A DNA stretch of 46,875 nt from Armatimonadota bacterium (GCA_037443365.1 JBBIOM010000009.1:13183-60057); one strand, 5' to 3'. Shown: positions 9,156 through 19,650, counted from the stretch's first letter. Translations and numbers: made by a program. Notes: a model not told the origin generated them from the sequence alone.

Positions 9156-9785
9156 ATGGTCTTCACCGACAGGAGAGACGCCGGCCGCCGCCTGGCTGCG
9201 GCCCTTGCCCATCTGCGCGAAGCGAGCCCTATTGTACTCGCGGTGCCGCGGGGTGGGGTCGTCGTAGGCCGCGAGGTTGCCGCGGCGCTGGGCGCCGAGA
9301 TGGAAGTGATCGTCCCGCGCAAGCTGCGTTCGCCCTACAACCCCGAGCTGGCGATCGGCGCCGTGGCAGAGGGCGGCGCCACCGTGCTCGACGAGATGGC
9401 GCACGGCGTGGGCGCGGCGTATCTGGAGCAGGAGACAGAGGCCCAGGTCGCGGAGATCGCGAGGCGCGTAAGGGAGTATCGCGGCGGCCGGCCCATTCCC
9501 TCCCTGGCAGGCCGCACAGTAATAGTGCTTGACGACGGCATCGCCACCGGCGCCACCCTGATCGCGGCGCTGCGCGCCGTGCGCGCCGCGGCCCCTGCCC
9601 ATCTAGTGGCGGCCGTGCCGGTGGCTCCGCCAGAGTCGGTCGCCCGCCTGGCCGGGGAGGCGGACGAGGTGGTGTGCCTGTGCGCCCCGGAGTTCTTCCA
9701 TGCCGTCGGGCAGTTCTACAACGACTTCACCCAGGTTGAAGACGCCGAGGTGATGGCGCTTCTCGCGGAAGGGGGGCAGGGGTGA
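9156..9785 (+). CDS. Phosphoribosyltransferase family protein
   Basis: FTDRRDAG, PRGGV, PRPP loop VLDDGIATGAT. Confidence 0.9.
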   Translation: MVFTDRRDAGRRLAAALAHLREASPIVLAVPRGGVVVGREVAAALGAEMEVIVPRKLRSPYNPELAIGAVAEGGATVLDEMAHGVGAAYLEQETEAQVAEIARRVREYRGGRPIPSLAGRTVIVLDDGIATGATLIAALRAVRAAAPAHLVAAVPVAPPESVARLAGEADEVVCLCAPEFFHAVGQFYNDFTQVEDAEVMALLAEGGQG

Positions 9786-10912
9786 CCGCGGCCGCGGCCC
9801 TGCGCCGCACGCCGCTCCACGAGGCGCACCGGGCTGCGGGCGGCAGGATGGCCCCGTTCGCGGGATGGGAACTGCCCGTGCAGTACGCGGGCCTTGTGGA
9901 AGAGCACCTGGCGGTACGCTCGCGCGTCGGGCTCTTCGACGTCTCGCACATGGGCGAGGTCGCAATCGAGGGGCCCGGCGCGCTCTCCGCGGTGCAGCGC
10001 ATCATCACGAACGACGCCGGGCGCCTGCGCGAGGGGGAAGGGCTCTACAGCCCCATGTGCAACCCGGCCGGCGGCGTGGTGGACGATCTGACCCTCTTCC
10101 GCACCGGCCACGCGGAGTACCTGCTCATCGTGAACGCCGCCACCCGCGCGCACGACGTGGCGTGGATACAGGAGCACGCCTCCCCGGCGCGCGTGCGCGA
10201 CCTCTCCGATGAGGTAGCGCTGCTTGCGCTGCAGGGCCCCAGGGCCGCCGCGGTGCTGGAAGCAGCGACAGGGGCATCGCTCGCCGCGCTACCGGCGTTT
10301 CACCGTTCCGGCGGCCTCATGGTTGCGGGGGTGGGCGTGGCGGTCTCGCGAACGGGCTACACCGGGGAGGACGGGTTCGAGATCGCCTCGGCCTGGGACG
10401 AGGCCCCGCGCGTCTGGGAGGCGCTTGTCGAAGCCGGCCGGGCGTACGGGCTCGCGCTGGTGGGGCTGGGCGCCCGCGACACGCTGCGCCTGGAGGCGGG
10501 CATGATGCTCTACGGTCAGGACATCGACGAGACGACCACCCCGCTGGAGGCGCCGCTGGCCTGGACCGTGAAGTTCGACAAGGGGGATTTCATCGGCAGG
10601 GCGGCGCTGGAGCGACAGCAACAAGAGGGCGTGGCGCGCCGTCTGGTCGGGTTCGAGGCGCAAGGGCGGGCCATACCCCGGCACGGCTGCGCGATCCTCG
10701 CAGGCGGGGCGAGGGTCGGCGCGGTCACCAGCGGGACATTCTCTCCCACGCTGCGCCGCCCGATCGGGATGGGTTACGTGCCCAGGGCGGCGGCGGGGCG
10801 CGGGGGCGAAATCGAAATCGAGGTCCGCGGCGCCCTGGTGCCCTCCAGGGTGGTTAGGCTGCCATTCTACAGACGCGCAAGAGAACCAGCAGGACAAGCA
10901 ACCGAGGGGTGA
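9782..10912 (+). CDS. gcvT: Glycine cleavage aminomethyltransferase T
   Basis: GLFDVSHMGE, RTGYTGEDGFE, GARDTLRLEAG. Confidence 0.97.
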   Translation: MTAAAALRRTPLHEAHRAAGGRMAPFAGWELPVQYAGLVEEHLAVRSRVGLFDVSHMGEVAIEGPGALSAVQRIITNDAGRLREGEGLYSPMCNPAGGVVDDLTLFRTGHAEYLLIVNAATRAHDVAWIQEHASPARVRDLSDEVALLALQGPRAAAVLEAATGASLAALPAFHRSGGLMVAGVGVAVSRTGYTGEDGFEIASAWDEAPRVWEALVEAGRAYGLALVGLGARDTLRLEAGMMLYGQDIDETTTPLEAPLAWTVKFDKGDFIGRAALERQQQEGVARRLVGFEAQGRAIPRHGCAILAGGARVGAVTSGTFSPTLRRPIGMGYVPRAAAGRGGEIEIEVRGALVPSRVVRLPFYRRAREPAGQATEG

Positions 10913-10915
10913 TGC

Positions 10916-11302
10916 ATGTTCCCAAGCGATCGCAGGTACACACGTGACCATGAGTGGGCCCGGGTCGAGGACGGCAGGGCCCGGGTAGGCATTGCCGCGT
11001 TCGCCGCGGAGCGCCTGAGCGACATCGTCTTCGTCGAACTGCCCAAGGTCGGCGCAGAGGTGCAGGCAGGGCAGGCGTTTGGGGTGATCGAGTCCGTCAA
11101 GGCGGCGAGCGATCTCTACGCGCCGCTCTCGGGACGGGTCGTGGAGGTGAACCAGGCCGTGATCGAGCGCCCCGAGGCCATAAACGAGGACCCGCACGGC
11201 GCCGCCTGGATGGTGGTGATCGAGATGTCCGATCCAAAGGAGTGGGAGAGCCTACTCGACGCCGAGGCGTACGCGGCGCTGGTGGGGGAACTGCAGTCAT
11301 GA
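10916..11302 (+). CDS. gcvH: Glycine cleavage H protein
   Basis: HEWA, lipoyl motif ESVKAASD. Confidence 0.97.
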   Translation: MFPSDRRYTRDHEWARVEDGRARVGIAAFAAERLSDIVFVELPKVGAEVQAGQAFGVIESVKAASDLYAPLSGRVVEVNQAVIERPEAINEDPHGAAWMVVIEMSDPKEWESLLDAEAYAALVGELQS

Positions 11303-12675
11303 CGCTGGCCTCGGGGTGGCGCCCGCACAGGTACCTGCCGCAGACCGACGCCGAGATCGCCGAGATGCTTGCTGCGGCCGGGGTCGCGAGCATGGAGGAA
11401 CTGTTCGCCGAGATCCCGGAGGCGGTGCGCATGCGGCGCGCCCTGGACCTTCCCCCTGCCCTCCCCGAGGGAGAGCTGCTCGAGCACCTGCGGAAGCTCG
11501 CCGACGCCAACGCCCACGCGGACCGGCTGGTCTGCTTCCTGGGCGCCGGGGCCTACGATCACGTGATCCCCAGCGTGGTGTGGCATCTGGCGGGTAGGGC
11601 CGAGTTCGTTACGGCCTACACGCCGTACCAGGCCGAGGTGATGCAGGGCGAGTTGCAGGCGGCCTACGAGTATCAGACCATGCTCTGCGAACTGACCGGC
11701 ATGGACGTGGCCAACGCCTCGATGTACGACGGCGCGAGCGCGCTGGGCGAGGCGGCGGTCATGGCCCGCGACCTGACCGGGCGCAGCCGGGTCGTGGTCT
11801 CGGCCGCGGTACACCCGCACTATCGGGAGGTGCTTCGCACCTACACACGGCACCTGGGGATCGAGGTGGTCGAGGTCTCGCACAAGGATGGCTTAACGCC
11901 CACAGCCGGGATCCGCGCGGCGACTGATCCGCAAACCGCGGCGGTTGTATTGCAGTCGCCCAACGTGTTCGGGTGCATCGAGGACGGCGCCGCCCTGGCG
12001 CAGGCCGCGCACGAGGCCGGCGCGCTGCTAGTCTCATCCGTGGCCGAGCCTGTCAGCCTGGGGCTGCTGCGCCCGCCCGGCGACTACGGCGCCGACATCG
12101 TGGCCGGGGAAGGGCAGGCACTGGGCAACCACCTCAACTACGGCGGTCCCTACCTCGGCATGCTTGCCACCCGCCAGGCATACGTCCGGCGCATGCCGGG
12201 CCGCCTGGTAGGGATGACCACCGACCGCGACGGCCGCAGGGGCTTCGTGCTGACGCTACAGACGCGCGAGCAGCACATTCGGCGCGAGAAGGCCACGAGC
12301 AACATCTGCACCAACGAGGCGCTGAACGCGCTGGCGGCCGCGGTCTACATGGCGGCGCTGGGACCAGAAGGACTTCGGCGCACGGCCGAGACGAACGCCC
12401 AGCGCGCGCACTACGCGCTCGAGCGGCTGACCGCCATACCGGGGGTCAGCCGGGCGTTCGCCGCGCCGTTCTTCAACGAGTTCGTGGTCAGGACGCCCCT
12501 GCCGCCCGAGGAGATCAACGCGCGTCTGGTCGGCAAGGGGTTCTTGGGAGGCCTCCCGCTGGGCGCCTGGTACCCCGAGATGAGCGACGCCTGGCTGATC
12601 TGCGTGACCGAGGCGCGCACGCGCGCCCAGATAGACGCCTTTGCGGCGGCGGTAGGGGGGGTGATCGCGCGATGA
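11299..12675 (+). CDS. gcvPA: Glycine dehydrogenase subunit 1
   Basis: [34 protein letters not shown]. Confidence 0.97.
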   Translation: MTLASGWRPHRYLPQTDAEIAEMLAAAGVASMEELFAEIPEAVRMRRALDLPPALPEGELLEHLRKLADANAHADRLVCFLGAGAYDHVIPSVVWHLAGRAEFVTAYTPYQAEVMQGELQAAYEYQTMLCELTGMDVANASMYDGASALGEAAVMARDLTGRSRVVVSAAVHPHYREVLRTYTRHLGIEVVEVSHKDGLTPTAGIRAATDPQTAAVVLQSPNVFGCIEDGAALAQAAHEAGALLVSSVAEPVSLGLLRPPGDYGADIVAGEGQALGNHLNYGGPYLGMLATRQAYVRRMPGRLVGMTTDRDGRRGFVLTLQTREQHIRREKATSNICTNEALNALAAAVYMAALGPEGLRRTAETNAQRAHYALERLTAIPGVSRAFAAPFFNEFVVRTPLPPEEINARLVGKGFLGGLPLGAWYPEMSDAWLICVTEARTRAQIDAFAAAVGGVIAR

Positions 12676-14135
12676 GCATGCCGGTGATCTTCGAGCGCAG
12701 CGTGCCCGGACGCGTAGCATCAGCCCCGCCGGCCCCGGGCGTGCCCGAGAAGCCCCTGGAGGCGATCGTGGGGAAAGAGCATCTACGCGAGGCCCCGCCG
12801 GCCCTGCCCGAGGTGAGCGAGCTCGACCTAGTGCGGCACTACACGCGGCTGTCGCACCGCAACTACTCGGTGGACGCGGGCTTCTACCCGCTCGGTTCGT
12901 GCACAATGAAGTACAACCCGAAGGTGAACGAGGACGCCGCGCGCCTGGACGGTTTCGCGCGGCTCCACCCCAACACCCCCGTGCCGCTGGCGCAGGGCGC
13001 GCTCGAGATGCTGTGGCGCCTCGAGCAGATGCTCTGCGAGGTGACCGGAATGGACCGGGTTACGTTTCAGCCCTCGGCCGGCGCGCACGGAGAGCTGGCC
13101 GCGCTGATGATGATCCGGGCCTGCCTCGAGGACCGCGGCGAGCGGCGCACGCGCGTGATCGTGCCCGATTCGGCGCACGGCACGAACCCGGCGTCGGCGG
13201 CGATGTGCGGGTTCGAGGTTGTAACCGTGCGCAGCGACGACCGCGGGAACATCGACCACGCCGCGCTACGCCGCGCCGCCGATGGATCCGTTGCCGCCCT
13301 GATGCTCACCAACCCCAACACGCTGGGGCTGTTCGAGGAGGGCGTCTGCGAGGTGGCCGAGATAGTGCACGGCTGCGGCGCGCTGATGTACCTCGACGGC
13401 GCCAACCTCAACGCCATGCTGGGGATCACGCGCCCGGCCGACCAGGGCTTCGACGTGATGCACATGAACGTGCACAAGACCTTCGGGACCCCCCACGGCG
13501 GCGGTGGACCCGGTGCCGGGCCGGTGGCGGTCAGGCGCCTGCTCGAACCCTACCTGCCCTCACCGACCGTGGAGCGGGACGGCGATCGGTTCATCCTCGA
13601 CGAGAACCGGCCCAAGTCCATCGGCCGCATACGCGCCTTCAACGGCAACTTCGGCATCTTCGTGCGCACCTACGCCTACCTGCTGGCGTACGGCCCGCTT
13701 CTGCGGCAGGTTTCCGAGGCCGCGGTGCTCAACGCCAACTACCTGCTCGCGCGGCTGCGGCCCCACTTCGATCTGCCCTACGACCGCAGGTGCATGCACG
13801 AGTTCGTGCTGAGCGGACGCCGGCAGAAGGAGCGGCACGGCATCCGAACCCTCGAGATCGCGAAGCGCCTGCTGGACTTTGGGTTCCATGCCCCCACGGT
13901 CTACTTCCCGCTGATTGTGGACGAGGCCATGCTGATCGAGCCCACCGAGACCGAAAGCAAGGCCACGCTAGACGAGTTCGCCGAGGCGCTGATCTTCGCG
14001 GCCCACGAGTGCGAGGCCGACCCCGAAGCGGTGAAGAACGCGCCGCGCCGCACGGTCGTGGGCCGCCTCGACGAGGTGACTGCGGCCCGCAAGCTCAACT
14101 TGCGCTGGACCCCCAGGCGGGGTGGCGGGTCGTGA
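12672..14135 (+). CDS. gcvPB: Glycine dehydrogenase subunit 2
   Basis: [31 protein letters not shown]. Confidence 0.97.
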   Translation: MSMPVIFERSVPGRVASAPPAPGVPEKPLEAIVGKEHLREAPPALPEVSELDLVRHYTRLSHRNYSVDAGFYPLGSCTMKYNPKVNEDAARLDGFARLHPNTPVPLAQGALEMLWRLEQMLCEVTGMDRVTFQPSAGAHGELAALMMIRACLEDRGERRTRVIVPDSAHGTNPASAAMCGFEVVTVRSDDRGNIDHAALRRAADGSVAALMLTNPNTLGLFEEGVCEVAEIVHGCGALMYLDGANLNAMLGITRPADQGFDVMHMNVHKTFGTPHGGGGPGAGPVAVRRLLEPYLPSPTVERDGDRFILDENRPKSIGRIRAFNGNFGIFVRTYAYLLAYGPLLRQVSEAAVLNANYLLARLRPHFDLPYDRRCMHEFVLSGRRQKERHGIRTLEIAKRLLDFGFHAPTVYFPLIVDEAMLIEPTETESKATLDEFAEALIFAAHECEADPEAVKNAPRRTVVGRLDEVTAARKLNLRWTPRRGGGS

Positions 14136-15088
14136 CCGCGCCCGGGGGCCACCTTCCCGACCTTGCCGACATCCAGGCGGCGGTGGCGCGCATCGCACCC
14201 TACACGCGTCGCACGCCGGTTCACGCGTGGGACGAGCAGGGAATCCTCCTGAAGCTGGAGAGCCTGCAGCCGACCGGGTCGTTCAAGGTGCGTGGGGCGG
14301 CGAACCACCTCTGCGCCGTGGCGGGCAAGGTAGCGGGCGTGGTCACGGCCTCCTCCGGCAACCACGGCCAGGCGGTCGCTTACGTGGCGGCGCGCCTGGG
14401 AATCCCAGCGGTGGTGGTGGTGCCAGAAACAGTGCCACAGGTCAAGGCGCGCGCGATCACCGGATACGGTGCCGAGCTCGTGCGGTGCGGGACCACGATG
14501 CCCGAGCGGTATGAGATGGCGCATCGCCTGGCCCGGGAGCGCTCCCTGCACATGGTGCCCTCGTTCGACGACGCCCTTGTGATCGCGGGCCAGGGGACCT
14601 GCGGCCTGGAGATACTGGAGCAGGTTCCGGACCTGGCTGCTGTGGCTGCGCCCGTCAGCGGCGGGGGCCTGCTCTCTGGGGTGGCGCTGGCGATCAAGGC
14701 GCTGCGGCCGCAGGTGCGCGTTGTGGGCGTGGAGCCGCGGAACGTGGCGCGGTTCGCGGCCTCGCGGGCGGCCGGGCGAAGGATGTCGGTTCCCTCGGTT
14801 GACACCGTGGCCGACGGCCTGCGCGCGCAGACGCCTGGGGAGCTGACATGGGAGGCCACCTGCCAGGCGGTGGACGAGTTCGTGTCTGTGGACGACGCCG
14901 CCATCCTGGATGCGGTCCGGCTCCTGTGCACGCAGGCGCACCTCGTGGCCGAGCCGTCCGGGGCGGTGCCTGTGGCCGCGATGCTTCAGGGCCTGATCTC
15001 GCACCGCCCAACCGTGGCCGTGGTGAGCGGCGGCAACCTGGACCCGGCGATGTTGGCCGGCCTCCTGACGCGCACGGAAGAGCAATAG
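14132..15088 (+). CDS. PLP-dependent threonine/serine dehydratase (no ACT domain)
   Basis: [30 protein letters not shown] overlap. Confidence 0.9.
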   Translation: MTAPGGHLPDLADIQAAVARIAPYTRRTPVHAWDEQGILLKLESLQPTGSFKVRGAANHLCAVAGKVAGVVTASSGNHGQAVAYVAARLGIPAVVVVPETVPQVKARAITGYGAELVRCGTTMPERYEMAHRLARERSLHMVPSFDDALVIAGQGTCGLEILEQVPDLAAVAAPVSGGGLLSGVALAIKALRPQVRVVGVEPRNVARFAASRAAGRRMSVPSVDTVADGLRAQTPGELTWEATCQAVDEFVSVDDAAILDAVRLLCTQAHLVAEPSGAVPVAAMLQGLISHRPTVAVVSGGNLDPAMLAGLLTRTEEQ

Positions 15089-15135
15089 CGCGCAAGGAAG
15101 AGCCAGGGCCGGCAGGCAGCCCCAGGCAGCACTAC

Positions 15136-15184
15136 CGCACGTTTGTTCGCCATTCTCTCGCCTTGTCATACGAACAAATGTTCG
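15136..15184. promoter_or_regulatory. Two LexA (SOS/Cheo-type) boxes upstream of lexA
   Basis: CGCAC-GTTT-GTTCG 15136-15149 and perfect CGAAC-AAAT-GTTCG 15171-15184. Confidence 0.9.
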
Positions 15185-15191
15185 CTATGCT
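15163..15191 (+). promoter_or_regulatory. lexA promoter
   Basis: TTGTCA-N17-TATGCT with an SOS box in the spacer. Confidence 0.75.
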
Positions 15192-15208
15192 TGGGCAGGA
15201 GGTGGCAT

Positions 15209-15838
15209 ATGTCCGAACCCCTTACCCGTCGGCAGCACGAGATCCTGCGGCATGTAGCCATGCGTATCCGCCAGACCGGTATCGTGCCGTCGGTGCGCGA
15301 GATCGGCGGGGCGCTTGGCATGCGCTCTCCCTCCACCGTTCACCAGCACCTTGCCGCACTCGCGCGCAAGGGATACCTGCGGCGCGACGGCGACCGGATG
15401 CGCGTGATCGAGATCACCGACCGCACGCCCCTGGGAAGCGAAGAAGACGCGGTCCCGATCCCGCTCATCGGGCGCGTATCCGCGGGCGTGCCGGTCCTGG
15501 CCGAACAGCACGTCGAGGAGATGATCCCGATTCCCCGGCGCTTCGTCGGGTGGAGCAACGAGAGCTTCCTGCTGACGGTGCGCGGGGACAGCATGACGGG
15601 CGCGGGCATATTCGACGGCGACCTGGTGATAGTGCGGTGCCAGGACACCGCCTGTGCCGGGGATGTGGTCGTGGCGCTGCTGCACGACGAGGCCACGGTC
15701 AAGCGCCTGGGTGTGGCGGAAGGCAGGCTCTACCTGCGTCCGGAGAACCCGGCCTACGCGCCCATCCACGGCGAGTTCGAGATACTGGGCAAGGTGGTCG
15801 GCCTCCTGCGGCGCTACCCGGGCGGGGGACCGTCATGA
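15209..15838 (+). CDS. lexA: SOS repressor LexA
   Basis: PSVREIG wHTH, Ala-Gly cleavage site VSAGVP, catalytic GDSM and TVKR; ATG after AGGAGG. Confidence 0.97.
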   Translation: MSEPLTRRQHEILRHVAMRIRQTGIVPSVREIGGALGMRSPSTVHQHLAALARKGYLRRDGDRMRVIEITDRTPLGSEEDAVPIPLIGRVSAGVPVLAEQHVEEMIPIPRRFVGWSNESFLLTVRGDSMTGAGIFDGDLVIVRCQDTACAGDVVVALLHDEATVKRLGVAEGRLYLRPENPAYAPIHGEFEILGKVVGLLRRYPGGGPS

Positions 15839-15963
15839 TACTGACAACGCCGCACGAGCCCGCCTGGGCCGGCTTCTGGGACGACCGCTGCGCCGTGGGC
15901 TTGAAGATCCTGCTCCTCCTCGCGTGCATCCTGGCCTCGGCCCTGCTGGAGGCGCCGCGGTGA
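15835..15963 (+). CDS. 42-aa putative single-pass membrane peptide
   Basis: ATGA overlap with lexA stop and GTGA overlap with next ORF; hydrophobic AVGLKILLLLACILASALL. Confidence 0.55.
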   Translation: MILTTPHEPAWAGFWDDRCAVGLKILLLLACILASALLEAPR

Positions 15964-16346
15964 GGCGCGTCCTTCACGCGGCCGTCGCGGTCCTCCCGGC
16001 GCAGGAGGGTCCTGGGATCATCAAGGTGGCGCTGCGGTGGGAGGGTGGATACGCGACGCGCAACCTGGTCAGGCGCCTGCACCGGGGAGATGCCGCGCCG
16101 CCGGCCTGGCGGGCGGTCCTGCTCGCGCTCTGGGAGGCGCGCCGCATGCGTGCCCGTTCGGTCGTTCTGCACACGGACGACGCCCAGGCCGCGGCCCTCT
16201 TGGCCGGGGACGGCCCTGCGCAGGAAGGAACGCTCGGTACCTATCTTCAGGCCCGGGCGCTGCGCCACGCCTTTCGCTCGGTGGAGGTGCGCCCGACGGC
16301 GGAGTCGGGCTGCGCCGACCTGCCGCTGTGGGCCGCGGCCTCGTAG
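15960..16346 (+). CDS. Degenerate RNase HI-fold (RVT_3-like) protein
   Basis: AWRAVLLALWEARRMRARSVVLHTDD...YLQARALRHAFRSVEVR parallels the helix/strand pattern of actinobacterial/archaeal RNase HI. Confidence 0.6.
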   Translation: MRRVLHAAVAVLPAQEGPGIIKVALRWEGGYATRNLVRRLHRGDAAPPAWRAVLLALWEARRMRARSVVLHTDDAQAAALLAGDGPAQEGTLGTYLQARALRHAFRSVEVRPTAESGCADLPLWAAAS

Positions 16347-16400
16347 GCCGCGCCCGCAGGACGGCGTGCTCGCGCCGAAGAAGTCAAGCGGCAGGCCCCC

Positions 16401-18965
16401 ATGTCAGAGCACCCCCGCGAGCATGAGGACCAGTTCTGGCAGCGCCCGCTGGCCGCCCTGCAGGCGGATCTTCGCGCCACAACGTCCGGCCTGAGCAGCG
16501 CCGAGGCGGCATCCCGCCTGGCGCGGTGCGGTCCCAATGTTCTCCGCCCGCCCGCCCGCCGCGCCCTGCTGGTCGAGTTCCTGCTGCGATTTCGCAACCC
16601 GCTCGTGATCGTGCTGCTGGCCGCAAGCGCGGTGTCCGCCCTGACCGGAGACGCCCCCAGCTTCCTCATCATCTGCGCGATCGTGCTCCTGAGCGTGACG
16701 CTCGACTTCGTGCAGGAGCACAGGGCCGGGCACGCCGCCGAGAAGTTGAGGAAGTCGGTGGCGGTGCGGGTCTCGGTCCTGCGCGATGGCCGGCGCGTCG
16801 AGGTTCCATCCGAGCAGGTCGCCCCCGGCGACGTCGTGCTGCTGGCCGCCGGCGACCTGGTGCCTGCCGACGGCCGCGTGCTAGAGGCCCGCGACCTGCA
16901 CGTGAACCAGGCGCTCCTCACCGGCGAGCCCTACCCCGCGGGCAAGCGTCCGGGCGATCTCCCGGGAACCGTGGGGATGCCCGGGGCCACGAACGCGGTG
17001 TTCATGGGCACCTCGGTCGTCAGCGGCAGCGCGCGTGTGTTGATCTGCCGCACAGGGGGGTCTAGCGCGCTCGGCGAGATCGCCGACACCCTGGGCAGGC
17101 AGGCCCCTCCCAGCGCATTCGAGATGGGAACGCGGCAGTTCGGCTTCCTGATAATGCGCCTGACCGTGCTGCTCGTGCTGTTCGTGCTCATGGTGAACGC
17201 GCTCTTCCACCGGCCCCTCCTGGAGGCGTTCCTCTTCGCCGTCGCCCTCGCCGTAGGCCTGACCCCTGAGCTGCTGCCCATGGTGGTTTCGGTGACGCTG
17301 TCGAGGGGCGCGCTGCGCATGGCCGAGCGGAAGGTCATCGTCAAGCGGCTGGCCGCGGTCCAGGACCTGGGCAGCATGGACGTGCTTTGCACCGACAAGA
17401 CCGGGACGCTGACCCAGGCGCGCATCCGACTAGAACGGCACATCGCCGCGGACGGGCGCGAGAGCCCGCGGGTGCTGGAGCTCGCCTACCTGAACAGCGC
17501 CTTCGAGACCGGCCTGCGAAGCCCACTCGACGAGGCGATCCTTGAGCACACCGGGATAGACCTGCGCGGCTGGACGCGCATAGACGAGGTGCCGTTCGAC
17601 TTCGAGCGGCGGCGCGTGTCGGTGCTCGCGGAGAAGGACGGCGAGCGGCTCCTCGTGGTCAAGGGCGCCTCCGAGGAGATACTGCGTCTGTGCGCGACCT
17701 ACGAGGAGAGCGGCGCCACCCACCTCGCGACGCTGGACGCCCAGGCGCGGGAGAGGATCGGAGCCCTGTTCGATTCGCTGAGCCGCGAGGGGTTCCGAGT
17801 CCTTGCGGTGGCCTGGCGGCCGGTCGCCCCTGACCATGCCCACGCCGTGGTCGGCGACGAAGCCGGCCTCGTCTTCGCGGGCTTCGCCACGTTCTTCGAT
17901 CCGCCCAAGGCCAGCGCGGCGGACGCCATTCGTCGCCTGGAGGCGTGCGGGGTCTCGGTCAAGATCGTTACCGGCGACAACGAACTTGTCACCCAGCACG
18001 TCTGCGCCCAGTTGGGTCTGGGCACCACCGGGGTGCTGCTGGGCCCCGAGATCGACGGGATGCACGACGACGCGCTGGCCGCGCGCGCGCAGGGGGCCAA
18101 CCTGTTCTGCCGCGTGACGCCGGCGCAGAAGAACCGCGTCGTGCGCGCGTTGCGCGCGCGCGGGCACGTTGTGGGCTTCCTGGGCGACGGCATCAACGAC
18201 GCGCCATCGATGCACACCGCCGACGTGGGCATATCCGTGGAGGGCGCGGTGGATGTCGCCAGGGAGGCGGCCGAACTGATCCTCCTCGAGCAGGACCTGG
18301 GCGTTCTCCACGATGGTGTCATGGAGGGCCGGCGCACGTTCACCAACGTTATGAAGTACATCATGATGGGCACGAGTTCCAACTTCGGCAACATGCTGAG
18401 CATGGCCGGGGCCTCGCTGGTGTTGCCCTTTCTCCCCATGCGGCCGGTGCAGATCCTGCTGAACAACCTGCTGTACGACGTCTCCGAGATGCCCATCCCC
18501 ATGGACAGCGTGGACCCCGAGGACCTGGTCCACCCGCGCGCCTGGGACATGGACTTCGTTCGCAGGTTCATGACGGTGGCAGGGCCGGTGAGCTCGCTCT
18601 TCGACTTCCTCACGTTCTACATTCTGCTGACGGTGTTTCGGGCGCACGAGGCCCTCTTCCACACCGGCTGGTTCATCGAATCGCTCGCCACGCAGGTGCT
18701 GGTCATCTTCGTCATTCGCACGCGCGGGAACCCCTTCCGCAGCCGCCCCCACCGGTTGCTGGCCGCCATGTCGCTGGGCGCGGTCGCGCTGGCCATCGCC
18801 CTGCCGTTCTCGCCCCTGGCAGGGCATCTGGGGTTCGTGCCGCCGCCGCCGGCGTTCTTCCCTGTCCTTGGGGGTCTTGTGCTCGCCTACCTGCTGGCCG
18901 TCGAGTGCGCTAAGCGTTGGTTCTACAGGCGCGTGGCGGCCCAGGCGACGGCGCGCAGGGCCTGA
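16401..18965 (+). CDS. mgtA: Mg2+-importing P-type ATPase
   Basis: TGE, TPELLP, DKTGTLT, PFDFERRR, GDGINDAP, SSNFGNM. Confidence 0.93.
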   Translation: MSEHPREHEDQFWQRPLAALQADLRATTSGLSSAEAASRLARCGPNVLRPPARRALLVEFLLRFRNPLVIVLLAASAVSALTGDAPSFLIICAIVLLSVTLDFVQEHRAGHAAEKLRKSVAVRVSVLRDGRRVEVPSEQVAPGDVVLLAAGDLVPADGRVLEARDLHVNQALLTGEPYPAGKRPGDLPGTVGMPGATNAVFMGTSVVSGSARVLICRTGGSSALGEIADTLGRQAPPSAFEMGTRQFGFLIMRLTVLLVLFVLMVNALFHRPLLEAFLFAVALAVGLTPELLPMVVSVTLSRGALRMAERKVIVKRLAAVQDLGSMDVLCTDKTGTLTQARIRLERHIAADGRESPRVLELAYLNSAFETGLRSPLDEAILEHTGIDLRGWTRIDEVPFDFERRRVSVLAEKDGERLLVVKGASEEILRLCATYEESGATHLATLDAQARERIGALFDSLSREGFRVLAVAWRPVAPDHAHAVVGDEAGLVFAGFATFFDPPKASAADAIRRLEACGVSVKIVTGDNELVTQHVCAQLGLGTTGVLLGPEIDGMHDDALAARAQGANLFCRVTPAQKNRVVRALRARGHVVGFLGDGINDAPSMHTADVGISVEGAVDVAREAAELILLEQDLGVLHDGVMEGRRTFTNVMKYIMMGTSSNFGNMLSMAGASLVLPFLPMRPVQILLNNLLYDVSEMPIPMDSVDPEDLVHPRAWDMDFVRRFMTVAGPVSSLFDFLTFYILLTVFRAHEALFHTGWFIESLATQVLVIFVIRTRGNPFRSRPHRLLAAMSLGAVALAIALPFSPLAGHLGFVPPPPAFFPVLGGLVLAYLLAVECAKRWFYRRVAAQATARRA

Positions 18966-19015
18966 CCGTACCGGCGCCGAACAACCCCCTACGACCCCCT
19001 GGGGGAAGGACCGCG

Positions 19016-19546
19016 TTGACGAACGAGACCACTTTCGGCTCCACGTCCATGGCGCAGGGCGAGGCCCACCTTGAGGCCGGCGAGTGGCCGGAGGCCGAGG
19101 CCGCCTTTCGAAGCGCCGCCCTGGCCGACCCGTCGTCCGCATCCGCGCTCAGCAAGATGGGCGTGGCGATCGCGCACCAGCGCCGCCTCGAGGAGGCGGA
19201 GGAGGCGTTCACCCGCGCGGTGTCGGTGGATCCGCGGCACGCGCCTGCCTGGAGCAACCTGGGCAACATATACAGGGAGACAGGACGGCTCGAGCAGGCG
19301 CTGGAGGCCTACCAGAAGGCGATCGCGCTGGATCCCGACTACTGGATCGCCCACCAGAATCTGGGAGGTCTATACAGACAGATGGGGCGCACCGGCGACG
19401 CGGTCGCCTCGCTGCGGCGCGCCACGCGTCTGTCGGCAAGCAGGGCCCTGCGCGGCGCCGCGCCCGCTGGTGGGCGCCGCTTCGGTTGCGGTGGTGCTTC
19501 GGCCGCGGCCCTGATCGTGGTTGCCGCGGCCGCGCTCTTGCTCTAG
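19016..19546 (+). CDS. TPR repeat protein with hydrophobic C-terminal tail
   Basis: Repeats such as AWSNLGNIY...ALEAYQKAIALDP and AHQNLGGLY; TTG start after GAAGGA (approximate). Confidence 0.85.
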   Translation: MTNETTFGSTSMAQGEAHLEAGEWPEAEAAFRSAALADPSSASALSKMGVAIAHQRRLEEAEEAFTRAVSVDPRHAPAWSNLGNIYRETGRLEQALEAYQKAIALDPDYWIAHQNLGGLYRQMGRTGDAVASLRRATRLSASRALRGAAPAGGRRFGCGGASAAALIVVAAAALLL

Positions 19547-19650
19547 AGGCATTGCGCCGCGGGCAGGGAATATCCCGCGCGTGGGCGCGGTTATCGAACC
19601 TGGTGTCCCGCACCGCCGGGAAGCCGAAGATCTACTGGGAGGGGCAGTGA

